DNA from: Candidatus Aenigmatarchaeota archaeon
GTDB taxonomy: Archaea > Aenigmatarchaeota > Aenigmatarchaeia > CG10238-14 > SCSR01
Length of the DNA stretch: 64,000 bases
Direction of reading: 5' to 3'
NCBI GenBank assembly: GCA_016213525.1
Contig: JACRAE010000006.1
Span: 16,691 to 80,690 of the forward strand
Position numbers and translations under genes: made by a program. This document shows, piece after piece, positions 18,078 through 28,100 of the stretch (position 1 is its first letter; each line of letters begins with the position of its first letter). The notes under the pieces were generated by a model. The model was given only the letters and a program-made list of their open reading frames with translations, did not search any database and had not been told where the DNA came from.

Positions 18078-20093
18078 TTGTTGATGGAGCACGACGACCT
18101 AATCGAAAGATTGACCGAGTTCCTCAGTGAGTTCTATAAGAACGATCTCATAACCGCCGTGTCTGAGGGCAAGAAGTTCCTCCTCATAGACTTTTCCCTG
18201 GTAGACAAGTTCGACATCGAGCTAGCGGACCATCTGTTGGAGTATCCGGAGGACACGATAGCCGCGGCTGCCGAGGCGGCGAAGCAGATAGAGACCGGGA
18301 TGGGCGACATAGACCTGCGCCTGAGGTTCGTGAACATTCCGGAGAGCAGGGAGATTAGGATAAGGAACGTCAGGTCGGAGCACATATCCAAGATTGTGGT
18401 GATTGAGGGCTTCGTCAGGAGGGCGAGCGAGATAAGGCCAGAGGTGTCGGAGGCGATATTCCAGTGCGCGGACTGCGGCAACAAGATCACTGTGATACAG
18501 ACCGAGAGGATTATACGCAGCCCGCCGGACTGCGACTCGTGCAACAACAAGAGGAACTTCAAGCTGGTCGACCAGAAGCTCTACGACGCCAGATGGGTGA
18601 CGGTCGAGGAGGCGTCGGAGGTCACGAGCGGTGAGAGGCCGTCCAACATAATGGTCTACCTGAAGGAGGACCTGACCAGCCCGAAGATGCACAACAAGAC
18701 CGACCCCGGAAACAGGATCAAGGTCGTCGGGGTATTGAAGGAGCTGCCGAAGAGGTTCAAGGGCACGCGCTCTAGGCAGATGGACATCTACGTGGACGCG
18801 AACAGCGTCGAGTCGATAGAGAGTGAGTGGGAGGAGCTTGAGATATCGCTCGAGGACGAGCAGAGCATCATAGAGCTGGCGAACGACCCTCTGATATACC
18901 AGAAGCTGATACAGACGATAGCGCCGGCGCTCTACGGGATGGACGAGGTGAAGGAGGCGATATCCATGCAATTGTTCGGCGGCGTGCTGAAGAACCTCAG
19001 GGACAGGACGAGGGTGAGGGGCGACATACACCTTCTCCTGGTCGGAGACCCGTCGACCGCCAAGTCCTCGATAATGAAGGTCATCACCAGCCTCATCCCG
19101 AGGGGCAAGTACGTCTCCGGAAAGGGGGTCACGGCCGCCGGTCTTACGGCGACGGTCACGAAGGACGAGGACTTCCTAGGTGGTTGGATACTCGAGGCCG
19201 GGGCCTTGGTGATGTGCAACCGCAGCCTGATATCAATCGACGAGTTCGAGAAGATAGAGAAGAACGACCAGGTAGCGCTTCACGAGGCAATGGAACAGCA
19301 GTCCATCAGCATAGCGAAGGCCAACATAGTCGCGACGCTGCCGGCCAGGACGTCCATACTCGCGGGCGCGAACCCGAAGCTCGGAAGGTTCGACCCGTAC
19401 CTCCCGATCAAGGAGCAGATAGACATACCAGAGACGCTCCTGTCCAGATTCGACATGAAGTTCGCCCTTCGCGACCTCCCGACCCCCGACCTCGATGCGA
19501 AAATCGCAGATCATATAATGAACACGAGGTTCTTCCACCAGGAAGAGGCGGAGCCGATAATCAAGGTCGAGCTGATGAGGAAGTACGTCGCGTACGCCAG
19601 GAAGAACTGCCATCCGGAGATGTCCGCGGAGGCTGCGCAGGAGCTGAGGGACTTCTACCTGACCCTCAGGGGAAGGTCCGGCGAGGATTCCCCGATAGCG
19701 ATAACCCCCAGGCAGTACGAGGCTCTAATCAGGCTGGCCGAGGCCTCAGCCAAGGTCCAGCTGAGGAGCACCGTGTCGAGGGAGGACTCGCAGAGGGCGA
19801 TAAACCTGATGAAGGCATCGTTGAGGCAGTTCGGATTCGACCCGACGACCGGGAAGATAGACATCGACAGGGCGGACGGCGCGAAGTCCACCGCGTCGCA
19901 GAGGAGCAGGATAAGGATACTCATGGACGTGATAGACGACATAGGGAAGAGGGTCGGCAAGGACGTCCCGGTGGAGGACATAATCAAGCAGGCCCGGGAG
20001 GAGGGGCTCGACTCGCCCGAGGAGATACTGAGGAAGATGCTGAACGAGGGCCTCATATTCCAGCCCAAGCAGGGGTACATCAACAAGCTGTGA
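18078..20093 (+). CDS. mcm: MCM replicative helicase (no intein)
   Basis: C4 zinc finger, GDPSTAKS, IDEFEK, LLSRFD, ITPRQYE. Confidence 0.98.
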   Translation: MLMEHDDLIERLTEFLSEFYKNDLITAVSEGKKFLLIDFSLVDKFDIELADHLLEYPEDTIAAAAEAAKQIETGMGDIDLRLRFVNIPESREIRIRNVRSEHISKIVVIEGFVRRASEIRPEVSEAIFQCADCGNKITVIQTERIIRSPPDCDSCNNKRNFKLVDQKLYDARWVTVEEASEVTSGERPSNIMVYLKEDLTSPKMHNKTDPGNRIKVVGVLKELPKRFKGTRSRQMDIYVDANSVESIESEWEELEISLEDEQSIIELANDPLIYQKLIQTIAPALYGMDEVKEAISMQLFGGVLKNLRDRTRVRGDIHLLLVGDPSTAKSSIMKVITSLIPRGKYVSGKGVTAAGLTATVTKDEDFLGGWILEAGALVMCNRSLISIDEFEKIEKNDQVALHEAMEQQSISIAKANIVATLPARTSILAGANPKLGRFDPYLPIKEQIDIPETLLSRFDMKFALRDLPTPDLDAKIADHIMNTRFFHQEEAEPIIKVELMRKYVAYARKNCHPEMSAEAAQELRDFYLTLRGRSGEDSPIAITPRQYEALIRLAEASAKVQLRSTVSREDSQRAINLMKASLRQFGFDPTTGKIDIDRADGAKSTASQRSRIRILMDVIDDIGKRVGKDVPVEDIIKQAREEGLDSPEEILRKMLNEGLIFQPKQGYINKL

Positions 20094-20103
20094 GCTGTTT
20101 TGA

Positions 20104-20829
20104 ATGGCGGAGAGACAGAATTCAAAGAACGTCAGGATATCGGACCTTTTGTCCGGGGTCTTCCTGCAGGGCGACAGGGAGACGATGAGGCCGAACACCA
20201 TCGTCACGCCCCTCGGGGAGCAGGTAGGGAGGGCTAGGATTGTTGGGGCAGTCGTCGAGAAGTTCCAGAGCGACGATGGGCGATTCGCGAGCGTCACGGT
20301 GGACGACGGAACGGGCGCGATGCGCGCGCGTGTTTTCGAGAGCGACCTGAAGATGATATCCGGCTTCGAGCTCGGTGACCTCGTGTCAGTGGTCGGGAAG
20401 GTGAAGAGCTTCAGGGACGAGACCTACCTCGCCCCGGATTTTGTGAGGAGGCTCGAAGACCCGAACAGCGAGACGCTCTTCAGGCTGGAGATGCTGAGGG
20501 ACATGTACGACAGGAAGAAGGCGGCCGACGAGGTGAGGTCGATGCACGACCAGATGAGCGAGGAGGAGCTCACGGAGTACGCGATGCAGAAGTACGGGAT
20601 AGATGCGCAGTCCCTGAACGTGATACTGCAGGCCAAGTCGGACAGGGTGGACTACAGGCCGCTGATACTCGACGTGATATCCGGTCTCGACAAGGGCGAG
20701 GGCGCGGAGATTGCAAAGATATTAGAGGCCGCCAAGCTAGATGAGAGTGTGGCCGAGTCTGCTATAAGCGAGCTCCTCGAATCTGGGGACCTGTACGAGC
20801 CGGTAGTCGGGAAATTGAGGAGGGTTTGA
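20104..20829 (+). CDS. RPA-family OB-fold protein with C-terminal winged helix (RPA32-like)
   Basis: VDDGTGAMRARVF...VVGKVKSF; C-terminal LLESGDLYEP. Confidence 0.8.
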   Translation: MAERQNSKNVRISDLLSGVFLQGDRETMRPNTIVTPLGEQVGRARIVGAVVEKFQSDDGRFASVTVDDGTGAMRARVFESDLKMISGFELGDLVSVVGKVKSFRDETYLAPDFVRRLEDPNSETLFRLEMLRDMYDRKKAADEVRSMHDQMSEEELTEYAMQKYGIDAQSLNVILQAKSDRVDYRPLILDVISGLDKGEGAEIAKILEAAKLDESVAESAISELLESGDLYEPVVGKLRRV

Positions 20830-20830
20830 G

Positions 20831-21241
20831 ATGGATTTCAGCTACGAGTCACTTTTGAAGAGCGCGATGGAGAAGGTGCCGAAGAGGGAGGGCTCCGGCA
20901 AGAGGTTCAAGGTGCCACAGGTCGTTGTAGAGGCGCAAGGCGCGAAGACAGTCATCAAGAACATGGCAGAGGTCGCGTCCGGCCTGAGGAGGGAGCCCGA
21001 GCAGGTCGGCAGGTTCATAGCGAAGGAGATGGCGGCGCCGGGCAGCATACAGAACGGCACGTTCGTGCTGCAGGCGAAGGCGAGCAAGGAGATGCTCCAG
21101 AGGAAGCTCGAGGACTACATAAAAAACTTCGTCTACTGCCGCGTGTGCGGGGAGCCCGACACCAAGCTGGAGAAGGACGACAGGATAGTTTTCATAAGAT
21201 GTGAGGCATGTGGTGCGCGCTCAGCAGCCAAACCCGTCTGA
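20831..21241 (+). CDS. eif2b: Translation initiation factor aIF-2 beta
   Basis: YESLL, RFKVP, CRVCGEPDT...CEACGA. Confidence 0.95.
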   Translation: MDFSYESLLKSAMEKVPKREGSGKRFKVPQVVVEAQGAKTVIKNMAEVASGLRREPEQVGRFIAKEMAAPGSIQNGTFVLQAKASKEMLQRKLEDYIKNFVYCRVCGEPDTKLEKDDRIVFIRCEACGARSAAKPV

Positions 21242-21551
21242 CCCGAAGAAGTTCTGGTGCAAGGTCTACCAGACCAAGCACGAGGTCGTCGCTGCAATTT
21301 GCGACGAGGACGTCCTAGGAAGGACACTCGAGGACGAGAAGTTCAAGCTGACGGTCAACAGGAGCTTCTACGGCGGCCTTCTCATAGGGGAGAGGGTGGC
21401 GCTGAAGATAATGCAGAAGGTCACGATAGGGAACCTGATGGGCGAGCACATAGTCGAAGTTGCCCTTAGGGGAGGTTTTATTACGAGAGAGAACCTAATC
21501 TTCATCGATGGCGTCCCGCACGCGCAGTTTGCCAAGCTCAATCAGAGATAG
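21201..21551 (+). CDS. DUF424 family protein (start uncertain: GTG at 21201, 21210 or 21213)
   Basis: VVAAICDEDVLG, SFYGG, NLMGE, IDGVPHAQ. Confidence 0.85.
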   Translation: MRHVVRAQQPNPSDPKKFWCKVYQTKHEVVAAICDEDVLGRTLEDEKFKLTVNRSFYGGLLIGERVALKIMQKVTIGNLMGEHIVEVALRGGFITRENLIFIDGVPHAQFAKLNQR

Positions 21552-21924
21552 GAAGGGCCAGTTCTTCCTGTTGTCCGCCTTCGTTATGGTCGCGATAATG
21601 TTCATCGTGAGCTCATTCATACAGCCATCCGGCGTCTTCGACACCTCGTCCGCCGTCCTGATGGACGAGGTCTACACGTTCAACAACATAAAAGAGAAGG
21701 CCGTGTCTGTCGTGAAGCTGAGCGACAGCTGCGCCGACTTGGACGGCAACATAGACGAGTACAAGCAGTTCGTCCAGACGTTCGTCGGACAGAGGAATGC
21801 GAGGCTCGTGTTCAACTACACGATATCGCAGCCGTGCTCGAACCTGGTGATGGCGACGGACTTCTACATCAAACTTACCTCACCGCGCGCCTCTATAGAT
21901 GCTAGGTTCAGGGCCACAAAATAA
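21508..21924 (+). CDS. Pilin-like protein (class III signal peptide)
   Basis: RDRKG|QFFLLSAFVMVAIMFIV. Confidence 0.7.
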   Translation: MASRTRSLPSSIRDRKGQFFLLSAFVMVAIMFIVSSFIQPSGVFDTSSAVLMDEVYTFNNIKEKAVSVVKLSDSCADLDGNIDEYKQFVQTFVGQRNARLVFNYTISQPCSNLVMATDFYIKLTSPRASIDARFRATK

Positions 21925-21930
21925 AATTTC

Positions 21931-23118
21931 CTACGCCAGGAAGTCGAGGGCGCCCTCTTCCAGCTTCATCTCCTTCTCGAGTCCTCCCCTGAAGCCGTCT
22001 TCCTTCGCCATTATCCTCAGGTAAGGTAGCATCTCCCACTTGATCTTCCTGGACGAGCAGTGGAGCTCCTTGGTCATGATTGAAAACACCTCCTTGGTCG
22101 CTGCCCTGCTGCCCTTCGTCCTTCCCATAATTGCTATGTTCTGCGGATACTGATACCTGACGTACTTCCTGTAGGGCGCCTTCTTCGACACGGCCACGCC
22201 GCCCGTCATCATGTCTATCATGTAGGCGAGGAACTTCCAGTTCTGCCTGGAGCGTATCCTGTTCCTGAAGACGTCGGCCCTGCTGAGCATGTCGTACGCC
22301 TTCGCCACCTCCTCCGGGTCCTCGTACTCGCCTGTGATGTTGTTCTCTATCCACCAGAATATCTCGTCCGGCTCCTTGTCCACGTTCCCGATGGAGTCGC
22401 GTGCCATTCTCGCCGACGTTGCCTTGAAGAGCGCCCCCATCGCGTCGAATATGCTGACCTCCCTCTCCCTCAGGCCTGAGTGGCGCATATCTTCTACTGT
22501 GGGTTTGACGCTCCTGCACACGAGTTCGAGGTCGTTTATCGCCGATCTCATGTCGCCGCCGGACTTCTTCGCTATGTCGTGTATGTAGTCCCTGCTGACG
22601 AAGACCCTCTCGGCGTCCGCGATGAGCTGCAGCCTCTTCATCACGTCCCACACGGTAAGCTTCCTGAAGGCGACCATGTCCGCCCTCTTCCTCAGCTCGT
22701 AGAGCTTCTTGCTGTACGGGTCGTTCGCTATCATGACTACCGGATACTTGCTGCTCTCGACTATCCTGATCATCTCGCCGACGCCTCCCTTGTCCTCGTA
22801 TCCGGATATGCCGTCCACCTCGTCGAACAAAAATATCTTGCCGCGGTTGAAGAGCGACTTCTGCGACACGGCGCTGCTCATCGTCTCGCTGAGTTCCTTC
22901 GAGCTCCTGAGGTCCGACGCGTTCGTCTCGATGAGGTCTATGTTGTTCTCGCGCGCGAACGCGTACACGAGAGTCGTCTTTCCAACCCCCGGCGGCCCGT
23001 GCAGGACGACCCCCTTTCCGGGCTTCCAGTCGCGCATCCACTTGACGAAGTCTTCGACGGCAGATTTCTGTCCCACGTAGGCGGAGAGCTTGTCCGGCCT
23101 GTATTTTTCCGTCAGCAT
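21931..23118 (-). CDS. rfcL: Replication factor C large subunit
   Basis: EKYRP, GPPGVGKTT, ETNASDLR, DEVDG, GDMRSAINDL. Confidence 0.95.
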   Translation of the reverse strand: MLTEKYRPDKLSAYVGQKSAVEDFVKWMRDWKPGKGVVLHGPPGVGKTTLVYAFARENNIDLIETNASDLRSSKELSETMSSAVSQKSLFNRGKIFLFDEVDGISGYEDKGGVGEMIRIVESSKYPVVMIANDPYSKKLYELRKRADMVAFRKLTVWDVMKRLQLIADAERVFVSRDYIHDIAKKSGGDMRSAINDLELVCRSVKPTVEDMRHSGLREREVSIFDAMGALFKATSARMARDSIGNVDKEPDEIFWWIENNITGEYEDPEEVAKAYDMLSRADVFRNRIRSRQNWKFLAYMIDMMTGGVAVSKKAPYRKYVRYQYPQNIAIMGRTKGSRAATKEVFSIMTKELHCSSRKIKWEMLPYLRIMAKEDGFRGGLEKEMKLEEGALDFLA

Positions 23119-23122
23119 GGAA

Positions 23123-24079
23123 TCACTTCTTTGACAACAAGGAGACCTGCGCGAGGAACGCCTCTATCTGGATGAGCTCGTTCCCGCCTTCGGATATGCG
23201 GAAGTCGTACTCGCCGCACTTGTCTATCAGGACCATTTTCTTCTCCTCGGGCATGTCGAACGAATAGATCTGCCTGTGGATCTCCGACAGCACGTCGGAC
23301 CCGGCCAGGCCCTGCTTCAAAAGAAGGTCCTGAAGCATCTTCCTCGACTCAGAGAAGTTCCCGGATATCGCCTGGTTCAGCATGTCCCTCACGTCGTTCG
23401 GCTTCGCCCTGCTCGCCGCGTCGTAAATCGAGTCCTGGCTTATCTTGCTGCCGAGCGAGGCGGCGGACTGCATCAGGTTCGACACCCTCCTGAGGTCGCC
23501 CTCCGTTATCTCGATTATCGCGTTGACCGCGCCGCCGTCCAGATCCAGCTTCTCCGACTTCGCCACCCTGTCTATGTATGTCTTTATGTCGTCCTCGCTC
23601 AGCGACCTGAACCTGAAGACGGCGCACCTGCTCTGTATCGGCTCGATTATCTTCGTGGACCAGTTGCAGATCAGTATGAACCTGGATATCCCCGTGTGGC
23701 TCTCCATGGTCCTCCTCAGGGCCTGCTGCGCGTCCTGAGTAAGAGCGTCCGCCTCGTCCAAAATGACTATCCTGAACTGCACGCCGCCTATAGGCTTCGT
23801 CCTCGCGAACTCCTTGACCTTGTGCCTGATGACGTCTATCCCCCTCTCGTCGGACGCGTTCAGCTCTAGGACGTTCTTCTTCCATTCCGTCCCGTATAGC
23901 TCCCTCGCCAGCGCCAGGCCCATAGTGGTCTTGCCCGTGCCCGCAGGACCCGCGAACATGAGGTGCGGTATGTGCTTGTCCTTCACGAAGGCCTTCATCC
24001 TGTCGGTGACGTGCTTCTGGTTTATCACGTCGGCCAGCATCCTAGGCCTGTACTTCTCCGCCCAAATCTCCAAGACCAT
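23123..24079 (-). CDS. rfcS: Replication factor C small subunit (no intein)
   Basis: WAEKYRP, GPAGTGKTT, ELNASDERG, LDEADALT, IQSRC. Confidence 0.97.
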   Translation of the reverse strand: MVLEIWAEKYRPRMLADVINQKHVTDRMKAFVKDKHIPHLMFAGPAGTGKTTMGLALARELYGTEWKKNVLELNASDERGIDVIRHKVKEFARTKPIGGVQFRIVILDEADALTQDAQQALRRTMESHTGISRFILICNWSTKIIEPIQSRCAVFRFRSLSEDDIKTYIDRVAKSEKLDLDGGAVNAIIEITEGDLRRVSNLMQSAASLGSKISQDSIYDAASRAKPNDVRDMLNQAISGNFSESRKMLQDLLLKQGLAGSDVLSEIHRQIYSFDMPEEKKMVLIDKCGEYDFRISEGGNELIQIEAFLAQVSLLSKK

Positions 24080-24112
24080 AACATTCCTCAATTCGGATTC
24101 GGGGTATTTATC

Positions 24113-25165
24113 CTATTCTGGGAACCTGACCAGGGCGTCGTTGTTGTCCTCGTCCATCTCCTTAACCTCTCCCTTCCAGTCCGCCTGTATCCTTATTTCC
24201 TTCACATCGGACGGTATCTTGGCGTTCGTCACCCTGCTGGATATACCAGAGCCAGGCGAGATGGAAGGTATTATGGAGAACTTCGGCGCCGTCAACGATT
24301 CTATAATCTCGCCGTCAGCGAAGAACCCTATCGAGGAATGTACAGAGTCTTTTATTCCAACGTTCCTTATAGTCACGCTGACGTCCATGAAGCCGCCCTT
24401 CTTCACCACTGAGACGTTGGACAGGGTCAGGTCGGACAGGGCGTCCCCCTTGTAAATCGAGCCTATCGCATCCACCGTAATCTTGGTTATGTTCTGCCTG
24501 CAGTCGAGCTCGTTGGGGTACATTATGTCGCCATATCCCGGAGGCGCGTGGCCGAGGCCGAGCACGTGGCCCATCTCGTGCACGGGCCTGTTGACTCCGA
24601 CGCACTTGTTGTCGGTCGGCAGGAGGAATATCTCGCCACCCGCAATGAGGGTGTACTTGCCGTCCGTCTCAATTGCCTTCGTGGGTCCGCCCTCTCCCAC
24701 GACCCTGCTCGTCGGCGTGTCGGAGAGGCTGGGGAACCATGATATGATGATTTCAGACTCTTCCTTTGAGCCGACCTCCTGGAACGATATGACGCCGCCC
24801 GTCTTCTCCTCCCACGTCCCCATGGCCTGCCTCACGTATTCCGGGTCGTCGCTGCCGAAGCCTACCAGACCGGAGCCGCTAGAGACGTCCATGTAGTACC
24901 TCAGAGGCATGTGGTTCCACCTCGGATTGGGGAACAGCGTCGGGTAAACAATGTCCTTCCCGCCGCTGACGAAGCGCAGGTTGTTCTCTGCCACCTCTGC
25001 CTCGTCCTCCTCGATTATCTGTCCCGTTTCAGACTCCTGCGGCCCGCTTGCCGTGTCTCCCCGGAGTCCCAGATTCGACGCGTCTATGTAGCCGCCCTGC
25101 ATCAAGAAGTACCCCGCTCCCGCTATCAAAATCAATATTGCGACCAGTGTGATAGCCGTCGACAT
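24113..25165 (-). CDS. Membrane-anchored matrixin (M10-like) metalloprotease with C-terminal CARDB-like domain
   Basis: HEMGHVLGLGH, Met-turn DIMYP, C-terminal EMDEDNN, N-terminal TM helix. Confidence 0.88.
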   Translation of the reverse strand: MSTAITLVAILILIAGAGYFLMQGGYIDASNLGLRGDTASGPQESETGQIIEEDEAEVAENNLRFVSGGKDIVYPTLFPNPRWNHMPLRYYMDVSSGSGLVGFGSDDPEYVRQAMGTWEEKTGGVISFQEVGSKEESEIIISWFPSLSDTPTSRVVGEGGPTKAIETDGKYTLIAGGEIFLLPTDNKCVGVNRPVHEMGHVLGLGHAPPGYGDIMYPNELDCRQNITKITVDAIGSIYKGDALSDLTLSNVSVVKKGGFMDVSVTIRNVGIKDSVHSSIGFFADGEIIESLTAPKFSIIPSISPGSGISSRVTNAKIPSDVKEIRIQADWKGEVKEMDEDNNDALVRFPE

Positions 25166-25171
25166 AACTGT

Positions 25172-28100
25172 CTATTTCGCGACCTGCCTTAATACGATTA
25201 GCCCGTTCCTTCCCGCGGCGTCCGAGAGGAGCACGTTGAAGGTGTAGACCTTACCGGAAACCAGGCACGGCTCAAGGGATATGTCCCAGAAACCGTTCGA
25301 GAACGCGGTCGAGTTCGTATTCTGTGTCCCCTCAACTTCCACCCTCACAGTGCCGGACGATGAGAACGAGCCCGACGCCGGGTCGGTCACCGTGCCGGTC
25401 AGCCTCCATTTCTGCGCCGCGCACGTCGTCTGAGGAGGCAGAGATGATGAGCCAAAGATTCTAGATACGAAGTATCCAGACTTGCCGTTCGTGTCGTTGA
25501 CGAATATACCGAGCGTGAATCCGGTGTTGTTGAGGTCGGTCCTCGAGTAAATAGGAATGCTCCACTGAGCCCCGCTTATCGTCGCCGATCCGGAATCTCC
25601 GGTCTCGAGTATCGTGGCAGTCGCAATGCCGCTCGTCATCTGCAATCCGGTCAGTGAGTACAGGGACCTAGCCGTGATTTCTATCGTCGAGAGTACTTGC
25701 TCTAGTTGGGCGCTCAGGTTCTGGTAGGACGTGACGTTCAGGGACGTCGAGTACGGGAAGTAGCCGCTCTTGCTGGCCGATATGACGTAGTTCGAGAAGT
25801 ACAGGTAGCCGGAAGTCTGGTTGTATGTTCCATTAGCCATGAACTCGGAGAGGAGCTGCGTCGGTATCTGGCCCGTCGAGTTCGTGGTAGCGGAGAAGTT
25901 CGAGGACGGGTTGTCCGTGTTTGCTACTGATGCGGTGTCGTTCCCATAGATGAGGGCTCCGTTCACTGCATTGTTAGATTGGTCTCTGACAACGGCGTTC
26001 ATTCTGTGTTGGACGAATAGTTTGGTGGATGTTGAGGCCCCGTTGTAGGGGAAAGTTATTGCCGATCGGTTGAAGGTCGCGTTGACGAGGTATCCGTATT
26101 TACTCGATGAAACCCCGCCCAGAGCCAAGCTGCTTTTTCCCGGGAGGTTCGTGATGTTTATGTCGTAGAATGTGTTGTTGTTCGAATCGTAAATTATCAT
26201 GCCAGAGTTTGTGACGCCGGTGTTAGTCGCTTTGACCATGTTGATTATGTCCCTGTAGACGACGTTGTTGCTGCCGCTGAAATATTCTCCCACTACCAAG
26301 TCCGTGCCGCCGACATTTTCAGTGACGGTCATATTGTTGCCCACCAGGGCGTTGTTGCTGCCGCTCACGTATATCCCATATTGCCACCCGGTAATTCCCA
26401 CGGTGTTGTTTAACACGCTGTTCCAAGAAGTCTCGATGTATATGCCGGAGTTTCCGGGGCTTCCCTGGCAGGACACGAGAAGATTCCCTATGACGATGGT
26501 TGAGTTGGCGCTGGACTCTAGATGTATGCAGGCATTGGCGGAGTTCTGATAGCCAGACGTCCTGATTTCATTATAACCTATCATGTTTTTGGTGGAACCT
26601 GACGATCCAGTCACGTATACGCCCTTGTCGTTGTAGTTCCCAGAGGCTGTTATGTTGTTGTAGGTGAAGTTGTTGGAGCCGGAGGATGATATCAGTATAG
26701 CCTCGTTTGTGTTGGTGCCGTTCGTGGATATGTTGTTTAAGGAAAATACGTTTGAATTGGAAGATGAGAAGAGATAGATTCCGTTGTTCCCAGATGAGGC
26801 ACCATTCGTCGATATTGTGTTTTGGGTGAAATTGTTACCGGAGCTGCTCTGGACGTAAATCCCTAAATTACCGCCACCCGAATTGACGCCCACTGATATG
26901 ATATTCTGTTGTATCGTGTTGTTATCGTCACCGCCATGTAGCCTTATGGCGATGTTGTTGTCACCGCCCGCAATGTTTATGGTGTTGTTCTCTATCCTAC
27001 CAGAAACGGACCCAGTGTAGTAGTGGACACCGTGTCCATAATTGCCCGAGCCCGTGTTGTTTATGACATTGTTGTATACAGTGGCATTTACTGATGTCAC
27101 ATAGACGGAGAAGAGGCTGGAAGTAGAGCCGTTGTATAGTATCACCATGTCTTTTACAGTCACATTGTTCGCAGTTATGTAAAGCGGATGACTGGAGTTA
27201 GACCATATCATAGGTCTTGTGGATGCGTTGCTCGTCAGAGTAAGGCCCGTGACGTTCACGGTGACGTTCTCGTTGTACTGGGCGTATTCTATCAGACTCT
27301 GTCCTATCCCGCCATTCCAGAGGATGGAACGTTCGTTGTCGGTGAGAGCCCTGTCCCATATGGAGAACTCATCTATCGTCGAGTTTGTGTATGTAGACTC
27401 GGCCGAGGACGCTATCGTGGGGTATCTGGTGGGAGCCCCAGATATCCCATAGACGGGATTCACACTGCTCGCCGCCTTCAGCTGATTGTCGACGTATATC
27501 CTGGCCCGATTGGAGGAGTTCGAGTCAGTGCTGTCGATGACGAGCGTTACCATGTGGAAGTTCCCGTCCGCTGGCAGGGCGTCCACCGGAGTCTGAAGAC
27601 CCAAAATATCCTGGGTCCCTCTTATATTGACGCCGAGTGTTCTTGTGGACCTCAGCAGCAGTTCAAACCCAGACTCCGAGAAGACTGTCCTGGCGTCGGA
27701 AAATATCGCCGCGCGCGAGCTCGTCGGATACTCGGTGAGCTTTATCCAAAGGTTCATCGACGTCGTCATTGAGCTGCCGCCCTGGTAGTGCAGGAACTCC
27801 CACTTGGTGGTGTTGGACCCCGAATGTGCCTCAGAGTAACCGTAAGGCGCGCCGCTCGCGACATACCAAAACGCACCGCCCAGCTTGCCCGCCGCCCTGG
27901 TGACGTTTGGCCGCACGCTCATGTTGCCGTCGGATCCTATACTCGAACCCGCGTTCAGTGAGCCCGCCATGTTGGTAAGATTTCCATCCGAATTGTCGAA
28001 CATGTAATACGCCTTGATATTGGACATGGATATCCCACTCGCCTTTTTCTCCACCATCACGACCGTCTGGCCGGAAGTGGCGTTGTTTATCGCGGCCTGT

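Noticed and set aside
18078-24091. Inteins in MCM or RFC
   Set aside because: Lengths are normal and the motifs are contiguous.
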